From Clostridia bacterium (GTDB lineage Bacteria > Bacillota > Clostridia > Oscillospirales > CAG-272): a DNA stretch of 52,630 nt. Below the pieces are notes generated by a model. That model did no database searches. It saw nothing but the letters and a program-made list of their open reading frames with translations, and was not told where the DNA came from. Positions within the stretch are counted from its first letter, which is position 1. Each line of letters begins with the position of its first letter. Shown here piece after piece: positions 45,351-52,630 of the stretch. A program made the position numbers and the translations under genes. The stretch lies in the NCBI GenBank assembly GCA_017522125.1, contig JAFXAC010000063.1:1-52630 (forward strand). The letters are read 5' to 3'.

Positions 45351-45818
45351 TTAATTTTTCAGCCTGTCGAGCAGATTTTGCAAAATTATCTCCGCCGAGA
45401 GCGTGTCGATGACGTTTTTGCGCTTTTTGCCGCGCGTGTCCGTTTCGTTAAGGTATCTTGACGCGACGACGGTGGTAAGACGCTCGTCCACCATTATGAC
45501 GGGAATGGACGCAAGCGCGGATAGCGCGGCGGCAAACTCGCGGCAACGGTCGGCGCGTGCGCCCTCCGTGCCGTCCATATTGCGTGGAAGTCCGACGGCG
45601 GCGCATACCGCGCCGCGCTCGATTGCTATACGCGCGACCTCCTCGGCGGTCTTTGCAAGTCCGCCGACCTTGACGTAGCCTATGCCCGACGCTAAAAACC
45701 TTGATGCGTCGCTGATTGCAAGCCCCGTGCGCACGTCACCGAAATCCACGGCGAGAATTTTTCCGCGCAAAGCCTTTATCTCGCCTATATCAGCAAATTT
45801 TGTCTTATCCTGTTCCAT
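45351..45818 (-). CDS. ruvX: YqgF/RuvX pre-16S rRNA nuclease
   Basis: LAVDFGDVRTGLAISD, VGLPRNMDG, DERLTT, ILQNLLD; start at MEQDK. Confidence 0.92.
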   Translation of the reverse strand: MEQDKTKFADIGEIKALRGKILAVDFGDVRTGLAISDASRFLASGIGYVKVGGLAKTAEEVARIAIERGAVCAAVGLPRNMDGTEGARADRCREFAAALSALASIPVIMVDERLTTVVASRYLNETDTRGKKRKNVIDTLSAEIILQNLLDRLKN

Positions 45819-45840
45819 ACCTTGTCCTCGTTTTTTTTGA

Positions 45841-45974
45841 ATGCTTTTTGCAAAGCAAAAAGCTACCTTCATTTGCGCCAACGGCGCAACATCATTGGGC
45901 GTAAGCCCACATCATTTGCCGAAGGCAACATCATTACGGCGTAGCCGTACATCATTTGCGCCGTAGGCGCAACT
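45841..45974. repeat. Modular mini-hairpin repeat (acatcatt-linked arm)
   Basis: Five hairpins separated by acatcatt; abuts the stop codon of the AraC gene. Confidence 0.9.
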
Positions 45975-46823
45975 TTACTTATCAAACACCGGCAGCATCG
46001 ACGCCGCCTCGTTCTTCTTTTCGGAGCGTCGGCGGTACTCGCTCGGCGTCATTCCCTTGTATCGCGCAAACGCGCGGTTGAAGGTGCGGAGCGTCGAAAA
46101 GCCCACCTCGCCCGCTATCTGCGTTATCGGCGTGTCCTCGCGCCTGAGCAGACGGCACGCGTGCGAGATGCGAAGCGAATTTATATAATCGTTAAAGCTA
46201 ACGCCGAGCTTGCCCGAAAACAGATGCGAAATGTAGTATTTGCTAAGGTGAAGCTCGTTTTGCAGTACGTCGAGGGACAGCGGCTCGCAATAATGCGCCG
46301 AGCAATAGCCGATTATCTCGCGCGTGGCGCGTGAGTCCACGTTCGACGGCGATAAAAAGTCGAAAAGCGGGAAAATATGCCCGAAAAACGCAAGCAGATA
46401 GCCCTTTATAAGCTGGTCGCGCATAGGTATTTCCTCGTCCTTGCGAAGAGATGCAAGCGCGCGCGCGATGCTTGCGATCTCCTCGTTTTCCATAGCTCCC
46501 TTGATAACGGAGCTTTTAGGAAAGCCGCACTCAAAGCTTATTTCGGGAATGAGGTCGGGGTTTATTATAAATAGGTAATAATCCTCGTCCGCCTCGCTGA
46601 CGTAGGAATGAACCTGATTCGGAAAGGTAACGAAAACGTCGCCCGCCGTAAGCGTGTATTCGTCGCTGTCCGTGATGGCGGTGGTCCTGCCCTTTAGCAT
46701 ACAGACTATCTCAACGTGATAGTGCAGATGAAGGAGCGCGTCAAGCCGACGCTTGCCGCCCTTGCTGTCTATGGAAATAAAATCCGTAGTCTTTTTTTCA
46801 AAAATCGGTGGTACTTGTAACAT
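45975..46823 (-). CDS. AraC family transcriptional regulator
   Basis: Cupin HLHYHVE; C-terminal IAGEVGFSTLRTFNRAF...GMTPSEYR. Confidence 0.92.
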   Translation of the reverse strand: MLQVPPIFEKKTTDFISIDSKGGKRRLDALLHLHYHVEIVCMLKGRTTAITDSDEYTLTAGDVFVTFPNQVHSYVSEADEDYYLFIINPDLIPEISFECGFPKSSVIKGAMENEEIASIARALASLRKDEEIPMRDQLIKGYLLAFFGHIFPLFDFLSPSNVDSRATREIIGYCSAHYCEPLSLDVLQNELHLSKYYISHLFSGKLGVSFNDYINSLRISHACRLLRREDTPITQIAGEVGFSTLRTFNRAFARYKGMTPSEYRRRSEKKNEAASMLPVFDK

Positions 46824-46824
46824 T

Positions 46825-48381
46825 TCAGCTCCAGTATTTTCTGTCAAGGCTGCGCAGGCTTATTGCCTCGGCGATATGCCCCGACTCTATCATATCCGCG
46901 CCGTCAAGGTCGGCGACCGTGCGGGCAAGGCGCAGTATCCTGTCGTAGCCTCTGCCCGAAAGACCGAGCCTCTCGAACGCCATTTTCATCGTTTCAAGCG
47001 CGTCGTCCGTCGCAATACACGTCCTTCGCGTGGCGGCGGCGTCAAGCTGTGCGTTGCAGAAGAAGCGCGAGGTGTCAACGCCCGCGGCGGCAAGGCGCGC
47101 ACGCATAAATTCACGCGCCGCAATAACTCTTTTCCTTATCTCTGCACTGCTCTCGCCGCTTCCCTTTTTGCCCGATATCTCCTCGAACGGAAGCGAGGGA
47201 AGCTCCACCTGAATGTCGATCCTGTCAAGCATCGGGCCGCTTATCTTCGATATGTAACGCTTGACGTCAAGGTGCGAGCAGGTGCATTTTCGCGTGGGGT
47301 GACCGAAAAATCCGCAACGGCAGGGGTTCATTGCCGCGACGAGCATAAACGAGCAGGGGTAGGTCACTCTGCCGCTTGCGCGCGTGATAGTCACCTTGCC
47401 GTCCTCAAGCGGCTGACGAAGGCTGTCCGTGACCGCCTTCGGAAATTCGGGAAACTCGTCAAGGAACAAAACGCCGTTGTGCGCAAGGGATATCTCGCCG
47501 GGCATCGGATTTATACCGCCGCCGACGAGCGACACCGCGCTCATCGTATGGTGGGGCGAACGGAACGGACGCGCCGTAATGAGCGATCTTCCGTCGGGCA
47601 GAACGCCCGAAACGGAGTGAATTTTAGTGCTGACTATCGCCTCGTCAAACGTAAGCGGCGGAAGTATGGTCGGCAGACGCTTGGCAAGCATAGATTTTCC
47701 CGTACCGGGAGGGCCGATAAGAAGGATATTGTGTCCGCCCGCGGCGGCTATCTCCATTGCCCTTTTTGCCGCCGCCTGACCGTAAACGTCGCAAAAATCA
47801 AGCCCTGAAAGCTCGTCGCACTCAGCGCAAAATTCGTCTGCTACGGTGGGCGCGATAGGCCGAACGCCGTTTAAGTGGTCGATAAGCTCCTTTATATCCT
47901 CAACGCCAAAGACGCGAATACCCGCGACAGCCGCCGCCTCGGCGGCGTTTTCGGCGGGAACGTATATCTCCTCAAAGCCGTTATCCTTTGCGGCGGCACA
48001 CATACAAAGCACGCCGCGCACGCCGCGCAGCTTGCCCGAAAGCGAAAGCTCGCCCGTAAAGCACTTGCGCGAAAGGTCAACGTCGCCGCGCAAGAATTTT
48101 CCACAGCGCAAAATGCCGACCGTCATCGGAACGTCGAATGCCGAGCCTTCCTTTTTGCGGTTTGCGGGGGCAAGATTTACGGTAAAATTCATATCGGGAA
48201 AGTAAAAACCGCCGTTGTAGCACGCGCTTTTTATCCTCTCCTTGGCTTCCTTTACCGCCGCGTCGGGCAAGCCTACGAGGTCGAAAACGCTGTTGTCGCC
48301 CGCCTCGATGCCGTCGACCTCAACGCTGACGATGAAGCTGTCTATTCCGTGAAGCCCTGCGCTGTATACCGTGGATAACAT
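46825..48381 (-). CDS. comM: YifB/ComM Mg-chelatase-like AAA ATPase
   Basis: VGLPDAAVKE, NLAPA, GPPGTGKSM, AHNGVLFLDE, MNPCRCG, ARTVADL. Confidence 0.92.
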   Translation of the reverse strand: MLSTVYSAGLHGIDSFIVSVEVDGIEAGDNSVFDLVGLPDAAVKEAKERIKSACYNGGFYFPDMNFTVNLAPANRKKEGSAFDVPMTVGILRCGKFLRGDVDLSRKCFTGELSLSGKLRGVRGVLCMCAAAKDNGFEEIYVPAENAAEAAAVAGIRVFGVEDIKELIDHLNGVRPIAPTVADEFCAECDELSGLDFCDVYGQAAAKRAMEIAAAGGHNILLIGPPGTGKSMLAKRLPTILPPLTFDEAIVSTKIHSVSGVLPDGRSLITARPFRSPHHTMSAVSLVGGGINPMPGEISLAHNGVLFLDEFPEFPKAVTDSLRQPLEDGKVTITRASGRVTYPCSFMLVAAMNPCRCGFFGHPTRKCTCSHLDVKRYISKISGPMLDRIDIQVELPSLPFEEISGKKGSGESSAEIRKRVIAAREFMRARLAAAGVDTSRFFCNAQLDAAATRRTCIATDDALETMKMAFERLGLSGRGYDRILRLARTVADLDGADMIESGHIAEAISLRSLDRKYWS

Positions 48382-48467
48382 AACTCTACCTCTAAAACAG
48401 ATTTTTTATATTATAGCACAGTATTTTCGATTTAACAAGAGGAAAAACGCAATATTTGTCCTGAATA

Positions 48468-49213
48468 TTAAAACAACTCCGTTGTTTTAATAAGTTCAAA
48501 GTGCAAAGTGCAAAGTGCAAAGTTGAGGTAGCTTTTTGCCAAAAGGCAAAAAGCATTCCTATTGAAAACGGAATAGCGCACTCTTTAGCGTCATCCCGCA
48601 GACGCGGCGCAATGTTCTGCGACGCGGCAAGTGGATCTCGCAAAAATTCCGCAGAATTTTTGCGCTTGATGTTTGCACCAAACTTTCCCTTTCGGACTCT
48701 CGCCGCGTGCTACGGCTACACGAAAAAGCGACGGTGTGCGTTTGCCTCCCTGCGGAGGGAGGGGGACCGCGAAGCGGTGGAAGGAGAGTGCGAGCATAAT
48801 GGAACAAGTGCTTGCCGTATCAAGACGCAGGCTCCTTCAGTCTCGCGTCCGCTCGACAGCTCCCTCTCGGAGGGAGCCATATATAGCAATCGCCTTTTGA
48901 TAGTTCGTAGCCGTATTTTTGGTGCTAAACCCTAATAAATCGGTCAGTGCAAACATCAAGCGCCGTTTTTCTGCGGAAAAACGGCGAGATTCGCTCGCTC
49001 CGCCGCGAAGCAGCTTGGCGGAGCTTCGGAATGACGCAAGTGGGTGCGCTGTTCGCTTTCTCAATAGGAATGCTTTTTGCCTTTTGGCAAAAAGCTACCT
49101 TAACATTTTGCGCAAGCAAAATATTTCACATTTCGCAAAGCGAAATATTTCACACGCCGTAGGCGTATTTCACCCGACGAAGTCGGATTTCACTGAAAAC
49201 GCTCCGCGTTTTC
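48468..49213. repeat. 745-bp nested composite repeat upstream of dnaA
   Basis: Heptamer arm, about 150-bp inverted repeat (48527-48680 vs 48947-49100), central ctccct...agggag palindromic unit, atttcac-linked arm. Confidence 0.88.
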
Positions 49214-49259
49214 CACACTGACGTTCTTTATAAAATTATAATATATTATAAAAAATATA

Positions 49260-49288
49260 TTGCTATTTTTAATAATATATGTTATAAT
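49260..49288 (+). promoter_or_regulatory. dnaA promoter, with a DnaA box at 49209-49217
   Basis: TTGCTA-17 bp-TATAAT with extended TG; TTTTCCACA upstream. Confidence 0.7.
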
Positions 49289-49327
49289 ATACTTTGTATA
49301 AATATTTGGCTGTGAAAGGAGCGTTCC

Positions 49328-50701
49328 ATGGCGTATATAGATATATGCAAGGAGGTCTGGCAGGAGATCCTCGAGGGTTTTCACGACAGTATGCCGACCT
49401 CTACAATTGACCTTTGGTTCAAGGATATAAAGCTTATCAGCTTCAAAAACGACGTCATTAAAATGACCATAAATTCACCTTTTAAGTACGACATTATAAG
49501 AAAAAAATATCTTGCGCGCATCGAAAAGGATTTTTCCACCCTGCTCGGCTTTGAGGTCACGGTAGACCTTGACTGCGACGAGCGAATGCCCGATGAAAAA
49601 AAGGAGGAAGCTCCCGCACCTGCGCCCGCGCCCGCCGTCAGAAAAGAGGACCTTGTAAACAATTGGGGCTCGACGATGCCCGCGTATAATTTTGAGTATA
49701 CGTTTGACAACTTCATCGTCGGAAATTCAAATAAATTCGCGCACGCCGCGTGTACCGCCGTTGCCGCAAACCCCGCGCGCAACTATAACCCCCTTTTCAT
49801 CTACGGCCCCAGCGGTCTTGGCAAAACGCACCTGCTTTACGCCATTACCAACGAGGTGCAAAAGAAAAAGCCCGACGTTAATATAATCTACATCAAGGGC
49901 GAGGATTTTACAAATCAGTTTATAGAGGCTCTTTCCGCTTCGATGATAAGCGAATTCCGCAACAAATACCGTTCCTGCGATATGCTCCTTATCGACGATA
50001 TCCAATTCATCGAGGGAAAGGTATCGACGCAAGAGGAATTTTTCCACACCTTTAACAACCTTTACGAGGATCACAAGCAGATAATCCTTACGTCCGACCG
50101 TCCGCCGCGCGATATGAAAACGCTTGAGGACAGACTGAAAACACGCTTTGAGTGGGGACTTATTGCGGACATTCAGCCGCCCGACCTTGAGCTTCGTATC
50201 GCGATAATCAAGAAAAAGGCGGAGCAGGTGGGAATCACGCTTACCGAGGAGGTGCTTACCTTCCTTGCGGAAAACTTGCGCTCTAATATCCGTCAGATAG
50301 AGGGCGCTATCAAAAAGCTCGGCGCGAAGGTATTCCTTTCGGGTCAGGTAATTACGATGGAGATCGCGCGTAGCTGTATTATCGAGCTGCTCGGCGGCGA
50401 GGAGCCCGTTACCGTTACCGTTGATAAAATTTATACCGCTATCTACAGAAAATACGGCATTACGAAGGAGGAGCTTGAAAGCTCACGCCGCACGCGCGAG
50501 ATAGCGATGGCAAGGCATATTTGTATCTATTTGATACATTCGATAACCGATATGTCCCTAAAGAGCATCGGAAAGCTGCTCAACCGCGACCATTCGACCA
50601 TTATCTCGTCCTGTGATATCGTTGAAAAGAAGATGATAACCGACCCGATAATGCGTCTTGATATCGAGCAGATGACCGAGGAGGTCACGGGAAGTAAATA
50701 A
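49328..50701 (+). CDS. dnaA: Chromosomal replication initiator
   Basis: YTFDNFIVG, YNPLFIYGPSGLGKTHL, DDIQF, TQEEFFHTFN, RDHST. Confidence 0.98.
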   Translation: MAYIDICKEVWQEILEGFHDSMPTSTIDLWFKDIKLISFKNDVIKMTINSPFKYDIIRKKYLARIEKDFSTLLGFEVTVDLDCDERMPDEKKEEAPAPAPAPAVRKEDLVNNWGSTMPAYNFEYTFDNFIVGNSNKFAHAACTAVAANPARNYNPLFIYGPSGLGKTHLLYAITNEVQKKKPDVNIIYIKGEDFTNQFIEALSASMISEFRNKYRSCDMLLIDDIQFIEGKVSTQEEFFHTFNNLYEDHKQIILTSDRPPRDMKTLEDRLKTRFEWGLIADIQPPDLELRIAIIKKKAEQVGITLTEEVLTFLAENLRSNIRQIEGAIKKLGAKVFLSGQVITMEIARSCIIELLGGEEPVTVTVDKIYTAIYRKYGITKEELESSRRTREIAMARHICIYLIHSITDMSLKSIGKLLNRDHSTIISSCDIVEKKMITDPIMRLDIEQMTEEVTGSK

Positions 50702-50900
50702 GGCTATGTGGAAGGGCTGTTGCTTTTCAACAGCTTTTCCACACCCAAAATTCAATTTTTTAAGGTTTTCCACACCCCTAAAAGCGTGGAAAATACAGGG
50801 AAAATTGAAATTTTGCCGACTTTTCCACCTTTTCCACAGGGTATAATATTATTGTTATTATTATATTATTTATTATATTTTATTTATTTTTTTATCGCGC
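50702..50900. other. Replication origin oriC
   Basis: TTTTCCACA boxes at 50735, 50766 and 50830; near-boxes at 50707, 50724, 50785 and 50821; AT-rich unwinding region with TAT triplets at 50842-50895; lies between dnaA and dnaN. Confidence 0.9.
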
Positions 50901-50939
50901 GCGTGCGCGTGAGAGAAATTCAGAAAGGAAGCTAACGTA

Positions 50940-52088
50940 ATGAAGATAATTTTCAACCGTTTGGAAACCATAAATACCATTTCTCCCCTGCTTTGCGCTG
51001 TCGGAAGGTCAAATATCCCCGCAGTTGAGTGCATTCTCATCGAGGCTAAAAAGGGAGAGGCTCTGACGCTTACCACCTTCGACCTTGAAAAGGGCGTAAG
51101 ATGCAGCTGCAACGCCACCGTTCTTGAAGATGGCTTTTATTGCATAAACGCACAAAAGCTGTTCCAAACCCTTAAGGTAATGGAAGGCGAGGAGGTCACG
51201 CTGACCGTAAACGAAAAGCTTGAAACTACCATTTCCTCGGGTAGGTCAACTTATAAAATGTCCGCCCTGCGCGGCGAGGATTTCCCGCAGATTCCGAGCC
51301 TTAAAACGCAGATGGGCTTTGAGCTTTCGTCCTCGCTCCTTCGCAGAACGATAGGAAAGATAAGCTTTGCAATGGCGCAGAACGATCAGCGTCAGGTGCT
51401 TAACGGTGCGTTTTTCCGCATCCGCGACGGTGAGATGCTTGCGGTCGCCTGCGACACCTTTAAGCTTGCAAAATGCGTTTGCACCGCAAATCTTATCAAC
51501 CGCAACAGCGACGGCGAGGCGCTCAGATACTCGTACATCGTTCCCAACAAGACGATAAACGAGCTTTACCGTATGCTCCCCGACGACGAGGAAGAAAACG
51601 TGACGATATACATCAGCCGCAAAACGATGGTATATCATTTTGACGGACTTATATTCTTTACGAAGATAATAGAGGGCGAATACATTGATTTTGAGCGTAT
51701 AATCCTTACAAATCACAAGATAATCGCCTACGCCGATAAGGATAAGCTGCTTGCCGCGCTTGAGCGTGCCGCCGTCGTTACCGAGGAAAAGATAGCGGGC
51801 AGCAACCGCACGCCGCTGAAATTCAGCCTTGAGGGCGACGTTCTGAAGCTGACCGCAAATTCGAGCGCGGGAAGCTCCTACGACGAGCTTGAGGTCGAGC
51901 ATACGGGCGACGATATCCTTATCGCGTTCAACAACCGCTTCCTTATCGACTCCGTCCGCGCCTGCTCCACCGCGCGCGTGAAGATCGAGCTTTCGACTCC
52001 GCTTTACAGCATCAATATAAAGCCCGTCGACCCCGAGGACGAGAGCGAGGACCTCTTCTTCCTCTTGCCCGTGAGAATGAAAAGCTGA
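50940..52088 (+). CDS. dnaN: DNA polymerase III beta clamp
   Basis: Follows dnaA; DFPQIP, RQVLNG, D.FKLA, IEGEYIDFERI, IAFN.RFLID, LLPVR. Confidence 0.95.
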   Translation: MKIIFNRLETINTISPLLCAVGRSNIPAVECILIEAKKGEALTLTTFDLEKGVRCSCNATVLEDGFYCINAQKLFQTLKVMEGEEVTLTVNEKLETTISSGRSTYKMSALRGEDFPQIPSLKTQMGFELSSSLLRRTIGKISFAMAQNDQRQVLNGAFFRIRDGEMLAVACDTFKLAKCVCTANLINRNSDGEALRYSYIVPNKTINELYRMLPDDEEENVTIYISRKTMVYHFDGLIFFTKIIEGEYIDFERIILTNHKIIAYADKDKLLAALERAAVVTEEKIAGSNRTPLKFSLEGDVLKLTANSSAGSSYDELEVEHTGDDILIAFNNRFLIDSVRACSTARVKIELSTPLYSINIKPVDPEDESEDLFFLLPVRMKS

Positions 52089-52630
52089 GTAAAAACACCT
52101 TTGGTGTTTTTACAGTGATATTCGCCTTACGGCGAGTGATATTCAACCTTGCGGTTGAGTGATATTCGCCCTTCGAGCGAGTGATATGTTTGCCTTTCGG
52201 CAAACGTTAAGGTAGCTTTTTGCTTCGCAAAAAGCTAATGAATAATGAATAATGAATAATATAGGTGGCTTTTTGCGCCGCAAAAAGCATTCCTATTGAG
52301 AAAAAAGTGTACTTTTAGCATATTGCTATGCGTTAAGATGGCGGGAACGGCGAACCCTTTAGCGTCATTCCGAAGGCGTTTAAAAAAAGGCGGGAAAGTG
52401 GCAATTTTTAGCGTATTGCTATGCGTTAAGGTGGCGGGAACGACGTACTCTTTAGCGTCATTCCGAAGTCGCGGAGCGTTGTTCCGCGCCGCGACGAGCG
52501 AATCTCGCCGTTTTTCCGCAGAAAAACGGCGCCCTATGTTCGCACCCAACCGATTTATTAGGGATTTAGCACTAAAAATCACGGCTGCGAACTATTAAAA
52601 GGCAATTGCAAACATAAGGCTCTCCCTCAG
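52089..52630. repeat. Composite repeat downstream of dnaN, running to the window edge
   Basis: gtgatattc-linked hairpins, (taatgaa)3, internal duplication of about 63 bp (52313-52375 and 52405-52468), and an inverted copy of 48871-49100. Confidence 0.88.

Noticed and set aside
48392-49384. Many 60-145 aa ORFs inside repeat regions (also near 12350, 15070, 24395, 33440 and 52235)
   Set aside because: They are translations of the repeat modules; the same peptides recur at each copy and no RBS is evident.

Overview
Chromosomal window from a spore-forming Clostridia-like (Bacillota) bacterium, around the replication origin. From left to right: (1) the end of a probable integrative element, with a Toprim/primase-like gene and a 1.27-kb palindrome-rich non-coding tail holding an oriT-like site and a convergent promoter/terminator pair that implies two overlapping antisense ncRNAs, abutting tRNA-Ser(GCT); (2) four tandem secreted metallophosphoesterases, each with one intact and one degenerate catalytic domain, two ending in dockerins and two in a GGCGS-hydrophobic-basic tail; (3) a pyrC-carB-pyrK-pyrD-pyrF-pyrE-pyrB cluster with no carA; (4) housekeeping and envelope genes (holA, csaB fusion, rsgA, thiN, spoVM, ygiQ, efp, sdaA, ruvX, comM); (5) dnaA-oriC-dnaN in a non-canonical neighbourhood. 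The most striking unexplained signal is a modular intergenic repeat family at 12 loci, built from co-varying mini-hairpins with GNA/GNNA loops, fixed linkers and heptamer arrays, which usually abuts or supplies stop codons. Long inverted copies of one repeat flank dnaA-oriC-dnaN, and a second oriC-like DnaA-box module lies 22 kb from the origin. All calls are from motif recognition by eye; no searches were run.
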